NCBI GenBank assembly: GCA_043228905.1
Contig: JBHGNT010000007.1
Location: 12,400,001-12,464,000, forward strand
Length of the DNA stretch: 64,000 nucleotides
Source of the DNA: Azolla caroliniana
Lineage: Eukaryota > Plantae > Polypodiophyta
Reading direction: 5' to 3'
The translations under genes were made by a program, and so were the position numbers. This document shows positions 10,601-23,300 of this stretch, piece after piece. Position 1 is the stretch's first letter. Every line of letters begins with the position of its first letter. The notes under the pieces were generated by a model, which saw nothing but the letters and a program-made list of their open reading frames with translations, had not been told where the DNA came from and did not search any database.

Positions 10601-13286
10601 TCACGGCTAACACGCGCTTGTTTGGTGTGAGGGTTATAACACTTATAACCCTTCTGCTCGTCCGAGTAACCGACCAAGATGTATTTCTCGGCGTTTGCGT
10701 CCAGCTTCCTCCTTTTCTCCTTCGGTACATGCACATACGCAATGCTACCGAACACCCTCAAGTGTCGCAAGTTCGGCTTCATTCCGAAATATAGCTCGTG
10801 CGCCGACACTTTGTCTCCGATCCGGTTCTGGATGTATACCGCGGTCCTTACCGCCTCGGCCCAATAGAACTTGGGCAAGCTCTTCTCCTCCAGCATTGCC
10901 CGTGCCGCTTCCACAACTGACCGATTCTTCCTCTCGGCCACGCCGTTCTGCTCCAGCGTGTATCTACAACTAAATTCGCGCCGAATTCCCATTTGTTGTA
11001 GATAACCGTTGAATTGACCGGAGAAGTACTCTTTCCCGCCATCTGACCGCAGGCACTTGATCTTTCGTCCCGTCTCCATTTCCATGAACCCTTTGAGGTC
11101 CTGAAAGCAGTCGAAGACTTCGCTCTTCCTCTCAATGAGGTAGATCCACGTGTGCCGCGTGTGGTCGTCGATGAAGGAGATGAAATATCGACTCCCGCCA
11201 AGACTAACGTTTTGTGTCGGCCCCCATACATCGGAGTGTATAAAGTCAAGCTTGTTCTGGCTCCGGTTTCGCTCGTTGGGGAAAGGAAGTCGGTGTTGTT
11301 TCCCGAGCTGGCAAGCTTCACAAATTTGTGCCTTTCGGCCACTAAATTTGGGCAATCCGAACACTACCTGTTTCGATTGCAGATCTTGAAGCCGTTGGTG
11401 GTTGACGTGGCCTATCCGCTTGTGCCACAAGTCGATGTCCGACTCGGATTTTTGTCCCTTCGCGAACATTGCGGTGCCGCCGTCAATGGAGTCGAGGATG
11501 AACATCCTCCTATCTCTGCGCCCTTGCGCAATCACACGGCCTTCTTACTCAATGAAGCACCCGAGGTGTGTAAACCGAACCTCCATCCCTTGGTCGACGA
11601 TCTGTCCGACCGAGACCAAGTTTTTCATGATTGTCGGAACGTGCAGCACGTTCATGAGTTTCCCTTTCTACCCGACATGGCTAAGGGGAACTTCTCCGAC
11701 ATTCGCGATCGGATGCGAAGTGTCGTCTCCTGTTGCGACTACTCCAGGTTGTATCGGTTTTTCAAGGTACAAGAACCACTCCTTATGGCTCGTCATGTGG
11801 TTTGACGCACCGGAGTCTACGTACCACACCTCGTCCGATCTCAGGGTGCTTTGTTTCATTGAGTTTGCTTTGTGTCTCGTCACGAAGGCAGACCCTTCTC
11901 CGGCTCTCCTGGAGTCTTCGGCGTAGTGCGATCGCTGCCGATTTCCCTTGTCGGTATGTCTGGAGCCGTTTCCGGAACCGGTTCTCTCCGAATCAACGCG
12001 CTTCTTCCAGCACTCACTTTCCCTGTGGCCTTTCTTGCCACAGTACCAGCACTCCGCGATGGCCTTCCCTTGCCGGTTCTCGTCGCTTCGATTCCCCCTG
12101 TTTCCAGAGGGTCCGGAGTTGCTGTCGGCATCACTTCGGTGCCTTCTTCCTTGATCTCGTCGGCCACCTCCATAGTGCGCCGACTCGCCTCGTCCTCCAC
12201 GTCCACGAGGCCTATCTCCCTCCATGTACAACATTCTGTTGTCGGTGTGTGTGCTTGTAGATGCACCCGCGTGGTTCTCCTCTACCAGGAGCATCGACTG
12301 TAAGTCGAAAAAGGACGGCGTATTCTCTCGAGTACACACAGCCGTTCGGAACGCTCCGAACTTCGACGCCAAACCTCCGAGACAGATCTGGACCATCTCG
12401 CTCTCCTTGATGTTCATCTCTATGGAGGCGAGGGAGTCGCAGATATCCTTGATCTTCGAGGTATAGTCCGCCACCGACAAGTCGCGTTGTCGTAGGTTGC
12501 TCAACTCCTGTCGGAGTTGAAGCTTCCTGGCTGTGATGCTTGCGGCGAAAATCTTCTTCACATTTTCCCACGCACCCTTCGGCGTCTTTGCATCCCGAAC
12601 ATAGCTCAATAGTTGTTCGCCCACACACGACGCGAAGCAGTATAATACCCTGCTCGCCGATTGGTCCCACGACGGAAAGTCTCTGTGTGTCGATTCGGGT
12701 GCCGCGTCATTAGCTCCTTCGACATAACTCCAGTAGTCGTGCCCGAGCAGGTACTGGTGCATCTTGTAGGACCAAGACACGTAGTTGGTTCTATCGAGCT
12801 TCTCTGTTGGAAGCGAGCTCGCCATGCCTCTATCCATCGTTCTTCTTGTTCTTCTTCATCAAGCTGTGTTGGCTGCAGACAGGTTCTCAACCCTCGCGCT
12901 CTGATACCATGTAAAAAGTAGCGTGCGGAAGCAAGTATGAAGACAGAACAGAAGGGAGAACACTAGGTTTAATGGAGAGCTTGAGCTTACGCAGTATACG
13001 CAAGAGAGACCGAGAGAGATAGAGAGAAGACACCAAAAAGAGAAAAAGATATATTAAAGACAAAAAACAATACATATATATGTGTTCAATGAACACTTTG
13101 TACAAGCCCTAGAAGGACTAATTGAAGTACTGACAGTACTTCAATGCTCATTAAGAGCTCCTACACTAACTCCCAAATATATTCCTCACGGAATATCTTT
13201 CCTAACGGCCTGACCGATCGGTCCCAGTCGATCCGGTCCTCGGCTTCTTCAGCCGATCCGGCCGATGTTGAGCTTGTCTCTCAACA
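7700..13286 (-). mobile_element. Element D: full-length young Ty1/copia (C-related) inserted in the RT of C
   Basis: TSD TTTCC at 7695-7699 and 13287-13291. LTRs 7700-8056 and 12910-13286 are nearly identical; PBS TGGTATCAGAGC adjacent to 12909; PPT 8057-8068. Confidence 0.97.
8051..12837 (-). pseudogene. gag-pol of D (gag/CCHC, PR, INT, RT, RH, long charged tail) with a few stops and frameshifts
   Basis: CWYCGKKGHRESEC, WYVDSGASNHM, HSDVWGP...QNGVAERKNR, LHQMDVKNAFL, LKKSLYGLKQAPRAW, YTDADWAG, TKHIEVHYHF. Confidence 0.93.
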
Positions 13287-16200
13287 TTTCCTGAATCGAG
13301 GGAAGCTTGACGGTTCTATCTAGAGGAGTCGAGACGGACTTACAGTCGGCCATCCCGAATTTGAAGAGCATATTCAACGCGTAATGACGTTGGCTGATCA
13401 ATATGCCTTCGGGGGTACGGATCATTTCGATCCCGAGGAAGTAATGAAGGTCCCCCAAATCCTTCATGTCGAATGATGCCGCAAGCTGAGCTTCACGCGG
13501 TCAATCTCACCTAGGTCGGCGCCAGTTATGACCAAGTCATCAACATAAAGTAAAATGCTAACCGGCCCGAGTCAACCTTTTTGGATGAACAGTGAGGAGT
13601 TCGATTTTGATGTCACAAAGCCCATCCGACGCAATCGTTGCATGATCTTCGCATTCCAGGCATGTGGGGCTTGCTTTAGTTCGTAAAGGGACTTCTTCAA
13701 TCGGCACACTGCCGAAGTGTTCGTTCCGGAGTGAAATCTGGGGGGTTGTACCACGTACACCTGTTCCTCAAGCTCACCTTGTAGGAACGCATTCTTTACA
13801 TACATCTGATGTAAGTGCCACCCTTTTGCCGCAGCGATCGCGAGCAAAACACGGACGGTCGTCATCTTCGCGATCGGCGCAAACGTCTCATCGTAGTGGA
13901 TGCCGTATTTCTACGCATAGCCTTTTGCTACTAACCGGGCCGTCAATGTTGTACTTGACCTTGTACACCCGCCTACATCTAATTGGCTTCACACCTTCCG
14001 GGGCGTCAACCAGGTCCCAGGTTTCATTCTCCGCTAATGCGCGCATCTCTTCCTCCATTGCGGCACGCCAATTCGCGTCCTTCGCCACTTCTGCGTAGCT
14101 ACCCGGTTCACGCACTTCCACTACACGGGTCATGTATGCATAGTGATGCACCATGTACTCATTGTATCCGAACCGCACAACAAGGATCTTCTGGCGGGTA
14201 GATCGGCGTAATTGCTCATTAGCCGATGTTGAGGTTATCTTAGCCGACGTGGACTTCGCTCTCGAAGACCCTTCATCACTTCCCTCGGAGTTGGACTCAC
14301 GTCGATTCGACTCATTCTTATCTGAGCCGTAATCCGACACCTTCTTCTTCCCTTTTTCCTTGCGCATAAGCCATCTCCTCGGCTTCCTGCGTGGGGAATG
14401 CACGACCGAGTCTCCACTACTCGTTGGCTCTTCATCGGACTGGTCAAACCGACTTAGTCGTTTATTCGGTCCGCTTAACCGAAACGAAATCAGACTCTCT
14501 TCGTGGGTCCTAATTTCAGGCTCATCCGGAGGCATCTCAGCCTCGCTGACCTCATCATCAAAACTCGGATTAGAGGTGAGGTCTGGAGTCGGAGGCAAGT
14601 ACCAGGACGCGGACTCGTCAAACACAATGTCGCGGCTCACACGCGCTTGTTTGGTGCGAGGGTTATAACACTTAGAACCCTTCTGCTCGTCCGAATAGTT
14701 GACCAAGATACACTTCTCAGCTTTCGCGTCCAACTTCCTCCATTTCTCCTTCGGCAAATGCACATACGCAATGCTACCGAAAACTCTCAAGTGTCACAGA
14801 TTTGGCTTCCTTCCGAAATACAACTCATGCGCCGACACTTTTTCTCCGATCCGATTCTGAATGTACACTGCAGTTCATACTGCCTCGGCCCAATAGAACT
14901 TGGGCAAGCTCTTCTCCTCCAGCATTGCCTATGCCGCTTCTACAATTGACCGGTCCTTCCTCTCACCCACGCCGTTTTGCTCCGGCGTGTATCTACAACT
15001 AAATTCGCGTCGAATTCCCATCTGTTGCAGATAGCCATTGAATTGACTGGAAAAGTACTCTTTTCCGCCATCCGACCGCAAGTTGACCTTTCATCCTGTT
15101 TCCGTTTCCACGAACCCTTTGAGGTCCCGGAAATTGTCGAAGACTTCACTCTTATTCTCGATGAGGTAGATCCACGTGTGCCACGTATAGTCGTCGATGA
15201 AGGAGACAAAATATCAACTCCCGCCAAGACTAACATTCTATGCCGGCCCCCATACATCGGAATATATCAAGTCGAGCTTGTTCCGGCTCCAGTGATGCTC
15301 GTTAGGGAAAGAAAGTCGGTGTTGCTTCCCTAGCTGGCAGGCTTCACAAATTCGTGCCTGCCAGCCACTAAATTTGGGCAATCCGAACACCACCTATTTC
15401 GATTGCAGGTCTTGAAGCCGTTGATGATTGACGTGGCCTATCCGCTTGTGCCATAAGTCGATATTCGACTCGACTTTTTGTCCTTTCATGAACATTGCGG
15501 TGCCACCATCACTAGAGTCGAGGATAAACATCCTCCCGTCTCTGCGCCCTTGCGCAATAACTCCGGTTGCGACTACTCCCAGTTGCATCGGTTTTTCCAG
15601 GTACGAGAACCACTCCTTGTGGCACGTCATGTGGTTTGATGTGCCGGAGTCGACGTACCATACCTCGTCCGACTTCGGGGTGATCTTCTTCATCGAGTTT
15701 GCTTCGTGTCTTGTCACGAAGACTAACCCTTTTCCAGCTTTTCCGGATCCTTCGGTGTAGTGCGATCACTATCGATTTCCTTTGTCGATCTGTCCGGAAC
15801 CTGACCTAGATCTGGTCCTCTCCAAATCGGTGTGCTTCTTCCAGCACTCGCTCTCCTTGTGGCCTTTTTTGCCACAGTACCAGCATTCTAGCACTCGTCG
15901 CCTCGACTCCCCTTGTTTCCAGAGGGTCCGGATTTGCTGTCGGCATCACTTTGGTGCCTTCTTCCTTGATCCCGTCGGCCGCCTCCATTGCGCACTGACT
16001 CGCCTCGTCCGTCACAACCACAGGGCCTATCTCCCTCCGTGTACAACATCTTGTTGTCAGCATGCGTGCTTGTCGATGCATTCACGTGGTTCTCCTCTAT
16101 AAGGAGCATCGACTGTAAGTTGAAAAACGACGGCGTATTCTCCCGTGTACACACAACAATTCGGAATTATTCCTTAAGAGGAATATCATACTAACGGCCT

Positions 16201-16803
16201 TCCAGTTTACGCACCGATACGGCCATGTTATGCATACCGATTTACACACCCAGTCTATGCACTGGGTTACACATCGTATTACGCACAAATGTTGAGCTTG
16301 TCTCTCAACACACTCCAACGGTCAAGAATCACCATTATGTCACCACTTTGTATTCTAGCAATTTAGTATGAGTCATAGAATCATATTCTATGACACATAA
16401 CTTATGAGCTTTCACATTCCCCATGCTCCATGAGTCTTGTAATTAATGAAGAGAGAGGGTGACTATATAAAGCACCCTCCTCCCACCTTGTATAATGTTG
16501 AGTCTTTCTCCTTTGTTAATATACTTTACCTTGCATATTCTCTATGTCTTACTCATTGTCTCTCTCACTCTCACTCTCTCTCTCTCATACACACACACAA
16601 TTCATATCTATTCCGCTGCACAGAATCCATCTCTTGATTCTTTACATGGTATCAGAGTGAGGTTGGTAGCTCGATCTAGCCCACTCGCCTCATCGTGATC
16701 GTGTGTTGTGCTCTATGCCGACGTTCACCAAGAACCGGCTCATTGCTATCGTAGCTTCGCTACATAGCTCGTATTCGAAGAGAGAAGAAGAAGAATCGAC
16801 ATA

Positions 16804-19800
16804 ATGAATACTCAAATGGGGAGCACTCTCCCTACCGAGAAGTTGGATCGAAACAACTTCGCATCTTGGGAGTACAAGATGCACCAATACCTTGTCAGAC
16901 AAGGCTATTGGAGCTACATCAAAGGAGTGCACGCTCCCGGATACACGACATGGGAGCAAGCTGTAAGCCGTGTGATGTATTGCTTGGAGACATGTGTTCA
17001 CGATCACATGCTCAGCTACATTCACGAAGCCAAGACGCCTAAGGAGGCATGGGAAAATCTACAAAAGATTTTTGCAGCAAACACAACCGCAAGAAGGCTT
17101 CAACTCTGCCAAGAGTTGAACAACATTCAACAAAGGGACATGTCCATCACGACATACACCTTGAAGATCAAAGAGCTTTGCGACTCGCTCGGCTCAATAA
17201 GCGTAAACATCGATGATGACGAGATGGTGAAAATATGCCTCCGTGGCCTCGCACCACGGTTCGGCGCGATGCGAACTGCCGTTCTAGCAAGGGCGAAATC
17301 TCCCTCCTTCTTCGAGCTCCAATCAATGCTATTGGTCGAAGAAAACCACGTGCGTACAAGGAGCAATGAGTCGAAAGGCCACATGCTCTACACGCACTTG
17401 AACGGAGGAAGAGGACGCGGACGAGCGAGAGGCCGATTCGGCCAAGGACAAGGTGGACGAGGTCCAACCTATGACAACAACTCCCAAATTCGGCCGCAAA
17501 ACGGAAGCCAACGAGGAACCTTTGCAAGAAGGGGGAGCTTCCACTCCGGCCCGAGCCATCAAAATGCAACCGAATGCAGATATTGCAAAAAGCTTGGCCA
17601 CCACAAAGAAGAGTGCCGAAAGAAGATGCGCAAATCGGCTTCCACAAGCCGACAACTCGCGAATTACGCGCACAATTCTGACTACGAAGAGTATAGCGGA
17701 ATGTACAAGCATAACCCGAACTACGAAGATCGCGGCGGAATGTATGCACACAACGTGCATGATTAGCTTTATATCTCATCTTTTCTTTTTAACTCGAGTG
17801 TCTATGCATGAATAACTTTTGTACCATGCATGTCTAGAAATTTTACATGGAATAAAGTTTAGTATAACTTTAAAATTCATAATACCCTACTATAATGATA
17901 AGGCTTAACATTATTAACATGGAGGTGCATGTATGCACACAACTCCGACCGTGGCGGAATGTTCATGATGAAACATAGAGCAAACTCTATGTTAGCCTCT
18001 ACCTCAACTAGTGCCCTCAATCCGGAGGACATATGGTTTGTTGACTCCAGAGCCTCAAACCATATGACATCTCATAAAGAATGGTTTCTCGAACTTCGAG
18101 AGCTGGAGCGACCCGGTTATGTCGAAACCGGAGATGACACTACGCACCTAATTCAGCACATCGACAATGTTCCGTTTGGCGAAAGACGTAAGCAAACATA
18201 CATTAAAAATGTCTTGCATGTTCCCACCATCACAAAGAATTTGGTCTCGGTCGGCCAAATGGTTGAGCAAGGGATGCAAGTACGATTCGACCAAGAAGAG
18301 TGCTTCATCCAAAAAGAGGGCCGAATCATCGCGCGTGGAAGAAGAGAGGGCCGGATGTTCATTCTCGATTCACATGAGATGAAATCCGCCATGTTCGCAA
18401 AAAGCACGAAAGCCGACTCCAACATAAAGCTATGGCACAAGCAAATCGGCCACATCAATCTCAACAAACTCAAAGCAATGAAATCGAAAGGAGTCATCAT
18501 CGGACTCCCGACATTCAAAGAGAAGAAGATTGAAGGTGTATGCGAAGCATGCCAATTCGGCAAGCAACACCGACACCCATTCCCAAAAGACGTATGGGAA
18601 CGTGAGCAACAGTCTACTCGACATAGTCCATTCCGACGTATGGGGACCGGCGCAGACGGCTACATTCCGCGGATGCCGATATTACGTGCTCTTCATTGAC
18701 AACTTCTTCAGGCACACGTGGCTCTATCCGATGCGGCAAAAGAGCGATGTGTTCAGACACTTCCAAAGGTTTAAAAACGAAGTCGAAAAAGCCAATGGTC
18801 ATCATGTACGATGCCTTCGATTGGATGGCGGCAAGGAGTACTTCTTGGACGATTTCACAGTGTATCTCTGAAAGGAAGGAATTTGGCGAGAATTCACTTG
18901 CCGACACACTCTGCAACAAAACGGAGTAGCCGAGCGCAAAAATCGGCACATCCTCGAAGTAGCGCGGGCCATGATGAAGGAGAAGCATATGCCCATTGAG
19001 TCATATTGGGCCGAAGCTGCTAATACGGTCGTCTACCTAATGAACCGGTGCACAACATCCGGAGTGCACGAGATCACTCCGCACGAAAAATACTTCGGAA
19101 AGAAGCCAGACTTATCGCACACCCTAATATTCGGCGCAATAGCGTACGTGCACATCCCGGACGAGAAGCGTCAAAACCCAACCCCTCAACTCGAGAATCT
19201 CGAGTACGTCAAGACGTCGTTTTTGAGGAGTCTGCATCCTGGTACGCACCAGAGACAATTTCGACTCCGACTCCGCTCGACCCGGAATCCGCTAAACAAG
19301 AGAAAGAAAATGAAAATCACCTTACGCGCATGTTCGAAGAAAGTCCGATCACGACCCGATTGAGCGGACCACAAGAGCCTTTGAGCGATCAAAGCACATC
19401 ACGGCCGAACCCGAAGATGGACAAAGGCAAGGCGAAAATGTCGGAATACGAAGACGATCGCTTCGACGACGATGAGTTGACTCACTCACTCGACAGTGAG
19501 TTCGGCAGCTTCGATGTACCAATCGGAGCTAAGAAACCCCTCATCTCTGCAAATGAAAAGCTCCGTCTCTCCACCCATGAAAAGAATCCGGTCAACCGAT
19601 TCAGCTACAACGACTACATGGCATATCACTATGCCTTTATGATGAAGGTGGCGACAATACGCGAGCCGGAAACATTTTCCGAAGTAGCCACAAATCCGCG
19701 ATGGATCGAAGCCATGAACGAGGAGATGTAGGCACTACGCAAGAATGAGACATGAGATCTCGTTCCCACCTCACCACACAAAAAGGCGATCGGATGCCGA

Positions 19801-21231
19801 TGGATTTACAAAGTGAAGTACAACACTGACGGTTCCGTCAACTGCTACAAAGCGCGACTCGTAGCGAAAGGCTACGCACAAACGCATGGAGTTGACTATG
19901 AAGAGACCTTTGCCCTGGTGGCAAAGATGACGACGGTACGGACCGTAATTGCGCTTGCCGCGGCGAAAGGGTGGCACCTCCATCAAATGGACGTCAAGAA
20001 CGCTTTTCAACAAGGTGAATTAGAAGAGGAGGTGCACATGATACAACCACCCGGCTTCAACTCGAGAACCCATCTGAAAGTTGTATGTTGACTCAAGAAG
20101 CCACTCTATGGCCTCAAGCAAGCACCGCGCGCTTGGCATTCGAAGATAACGCAATATCTTCATCAAATCGGCTTCTGTATGTCAAAATCGGACAACTCCC
20201 TCTACATACGAAGCGATTCTGCAAGTTCGATCGTCATCATCTTATATGTGGATGACCTAGTCATTGGAGGTGAGCATCTCGTCGAAATCAATAAAGTCAA
20301 ATCCCTCCTTTCTGACAAATTCGAGATGACGGACATGAAGGAGCTTCACTACTTCCTCGGCATCGAGGTAATTCAGTCTGCGGCTGGAATCATGATCTCT
20401 CAACGACATTACATCCTCAACTTGTTATACAAGTTCGGTATGGCTGAGTGCAAATCCACGGCAACCCCGCTCGATCGCAATCTCAAACTAGACGCGAACT
20501 CCGGCACCAAAGCGTGTGAGCTGACTCAGTATTGGCAACTCATCGGGAGTTTCATCTACCTCACGATCACACAACCCGATCTTAGTTATTCGGTTGGTCT
20601 CCTTAGCCAATTCATGCAAACACCGCGTGATACTCACTTGGATTGCGCTAAGTGAGTTCTACGATACGTGAGCGGCACAATGGATTGCAGCATCCTCTAT
20701 AAGACCGCGATGCCAATACGACTCGAGGGGTACACAGACGCCGATTGGGCCGGCTACAAAGCTGATAGAAGATCAACCTCCAAATTTGTTTTTTCCCTTG
20801 GCAGTGGAGCAATATCTTGGAGCAGCAAAAAGCAACCAATTGTCGCTCTTTCGAGCACAGAGGCAGAATACAGGGGTGCGGTAGTGGCCACATGTCAAGC
20901 CATATGGCTCAAAAGGATACTCAAGGATCTGGGCGTACCCATCAAGGATCCGACTTCCCTTTATTGTGACAACATGAGCAGTATCTATCTGGCTTGGAAC
21001 CTAGTGTTCCACGCGCGGACAAAGCACATCGAAGTGCACTATCACTACATCCGAGAGCGCGTTCTACCTGGCGATGTCGACCTACAACACATTAGCACCA
21101 ATCTCCAAACGGTCGACATCTTCACTAAAGCCTTAGGAGCCGACAAGCTATGGCAGTTCATGACCAATCTCGGATTAACGATCCCTGACCTGCCAAGCTT
21201 GAGGGGGAGTATTGAAGACACTGCACAATAA
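16804..21231 (+). pseudogene. gag-pol of B (degenerate)
   Basis: Copia gag (EKLDRNNFASWEYKM), WFVDSRASNHM, HSDVWGP, YVDDL, YTDADWAG, RTKHIEV; multiple stops. Confidence 0.93.
17755..17928. other. 174-bp AT-rich insertion with a 15-bp flanking duplication in the gag-PR linker of B
   Basis: ATGTATGCACACAAC at 17740-17754 and 17929-17943; the insert is absent from sister copy G. Confidence 0.85.
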
Positions 21232-21488
21232 CGCGTGGATTCCGCAACGAAGCCGTGAAGAGCAACCGTGCAACGAAGCTGCGAAGAGCCGATCTACCAT
21301 GCAAAGCTGCGAAGAAAGACGCAAGCCGAAACACAGAATTCGCAACTACACACAACACAAGCTAGAGCACGGATTCCACAACTCCACATAAATGCGAGTC
21401 TACTCAAGTCAATGCAAACTCCGGAACGCGAGTCGAAGCAGATTTCAAATACCATCTAAAACTGACCCGACTTGAGCTTGAGGGGGCG

Positions 21489-21863
21489 TGTTGAGAATCA
21501 AGCTCAACTTGGTCTAGTGTGTGAACTCACCTTGAGAGTGAATAGACACTCCAACGGTCAAGAGTCACCATTATGTCACCACTTTGTATTCTAGCATTTA
21601 GTATGAGTCTATGACACATAACTTATGAGCTTTCACATTCCCCATGCTCCATGAGTCTTGTAGTTAATGAAGAGAGAGGGTGACTATATAAAGCACCCTC
21701 CTCCCACCTTGTATAATGTTGGGTCTTTCTCCTTTGTTAATATACTTTACCTTGTGTATTCTCTATGACTTACTCATAATTTGTCTCTCTCACTCTCTCT
21801 CTCATACACACACATAGTTCATATCTATTCCGCTGCACATAATCCATCTCCTGATTCTTTACA
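21489..21863 (+). repeat. 3' LTR of B
   Basis: TGTTGAGAATC...TTTACA, preceded by PPT GAGGGGGCG. Confidence 0.95.
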
Positions 21864-22073
21864 ATGATATTTAATATAATCATGGAATATCCTAGAATGT
21901 CCTAGAATACTCTTGAATGTTCTAGAATACTCTAAATATCTTGTAATAACTAATAATATATTTATTATAACTATACATCATATATGTTATTGTAATGGTT
22001 AAAGGTCTAACATATAGACCAAGACGTCTTGGGCTCGAATCTTTGTAAGGCCAAAATGTATGTCTTCATGACA
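21864..22073 (-). repeat. 5' LTR of A, outer part (U3 side)
   Basis: Matches 97-286, with an extra copy of the CTAGAATACTC unit; ends ATGACA. Confidence 0.93.
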
Positions 22074-22560
22074 ATCCTCAAATACATTGGTTCATCAGCC
22101 TATCGTCTCACATTTCCTGATGGTGTTGAAATCCATCCAAATTTTCATGTAAGTCATCTAAAAGAACTAATTGGTTTGGTGAGAATACTGTTACAATTGA
22201 AACTCTGGTTAGTTTTGAAGATTTAGCTTCTAAACCACATGTACCAGAGAGAATTCTCAATATTAAAACAAAAAATTTGAGTTCTAAAATAGTTCAAGAA
22301 TTTAAAATTAAATGGATGGATAAGTCTAACAAAGATGCTACATAAGAATGAGAAAATACTCTTAAATCTAACTTCTCTAACTTTTCATTGCAAGAGTGCA
22401 ATGTTTTAAAGTGGGGGAGTGTGTTACGAGCATGACCATAAAGTATCCCATGGTAAGTTATACCGTAGTATTTTACACATAAGGGAAACGTGTGAGGGTT
22501 AACCAAGAGTGTAAAGAAGGGAGGATTACTTTTAATCTAAGGAATTGAGATAACCCATAA
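22074..22560 (+). mobile_element. Relic of an older chromovirus (integrase end, chromodomain, PPT, start of 3' LTR) into which A inserted
   Basis: IGSSAYRL..P..EIHPNFHVSHLK, then degenerate chromodomain VPERILN...FKIKW; PPT AAAGTGGGGGAG followed by TGTTAC at 22422. Right end is approximate. Confidence 0.75.
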
Positions 22561-23116
22561 AGGCCAAGTGTGGACATTTATTATAAAAATTTAGTACTGT
22601 CAAATCCCCAAGTCTCTCTTTTATTATCCCTATTTTATTGTCAATTTCCTTCTTTTATATCTTGTGAAATTAAAAAAGATAGTTTCTTTTTTTGAGTTAA
22701 ACGAATACTTGACCACACATTCGTATTCGTATTCGTTTCAGTTTGCATTCGAATGGGAAACCCAACGAATGCGAATATGTATGTATGTCAATCTATGCAT
22801 ACATACATACATGTGTGAGTGTGTGTGTATTTCTCTTAAAAGATGTTAATATATCTTTCTTTCTTTTTGGGATTGATATTAGTTTTTTTGGGGGGGTGTA
22901 GGGGCATTTTTGGAGAACCCTAGCCAGTTGAGTTGGGCAGGCTAATTAATTATGTATGTAGTAGGTATTGTATGTATATGTATGTGTGTGTGTGTGTAGA
23001 TGAGATCCATCCCATAACCATTCTATATGTACATATCTATCTCTCCCTAGGGACCACAAAACCAAGAAGAAGAAGGAGGAAGAAGAAGAAGGGGGTTTTG
23101 GTTGGAGCGCTGCGCT

Positions 23117-23141
23117 TAAACCCTAAACCCTAAACCCTAAA
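23117..23141 (+). promoter_or_regulatory. Telo-box array (TAAACCC)3TAAA upstream of the host ORF
   Basis: Three tandem plant telomere-type repeats ~160 bp upstream of ATG 23301; telo-boxes are established in promoters of plant translation-machinery genes. Confidence 0.7.
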
Positions 23142-23300
23142 CGCATACTTATTACATTACACAACTATATGTACATACTCTTCTTCTTCTTCTTCTTCTT
23201 CTGCAGGTGAAGAAGCCATAATAAGCCCGTCGTAAGAAAAGGAAGAGAGAGCCGAAGAGTCTGCAGCAGCAGCAGAGTGCAAAAGAAAGAGCAGAGGGAG

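Larger units (their letters stand above)
6086..16310 (-). mobile_element. Element C: Ty1/copia inserted in the 5' LTR of B; deletion removes PBS, 5' gag and inner part of the 5' LTR
   Basis: TSD AACTC/CACTC at 6081-6085 and 16311-16315 (B's 3' LTR reads CACTC). 3' LTR 6086-6472 plus PPT 6473-6484; 5' LTR remnant ~16165-16310; RH at 6605-7606; RT/INT/PR/gag fragments 13292-16164. Confidence 0.92.
6023..21863 (+). mobile_element. Element B: Ty1/copia inserted in the 5' LTR of A
   Basis: TSD ATGAT at 6018-6022 and 21864-21868. 5' LTR is 6023-6085 plus 16311-16646; PBS TGGTATCAGAG (tRNA-iMet) 16647-16657; PPT then 3' LTR 21489-21863. Confidence 0.95.
1..22073 (-). mobile_element. Element A: Ty3/gypsy chromovirus (Tcn1/Tf1-like) LTR retrotransposon, degenerate; 3' LTR truncated by the window edge; 5' LTR split by element B
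   Basis: 1-286 matches 5922-6022 plus 21869-22073. PPT (AAAAGGGGGGATAA on minus) abuts LTR end TGTCAT at 286. Domain order on minus is gag-PR-RT-RH-INT-chromodomain. Confidence 0.95.

Noticed and set aside
11152-12466. Long plus-strand ORFs opposite D gag-pol (and similar antisense ORFs over B, G and I)
   Set aside because: Shadow frames of GC-rich coding sequence with no independent motifs.
17755-17924. Intron gained in copia gag-pol
   Set aside because: GT...AG removal leaves 19 extra nt (frameshift) and the acceptor lacks a pyrimidine tract.
23117-23141. Telomere or chromosome-healing scar
   Set aside because: Only ~3.5 units, in promoter position; a telo-box is the simpler reading.
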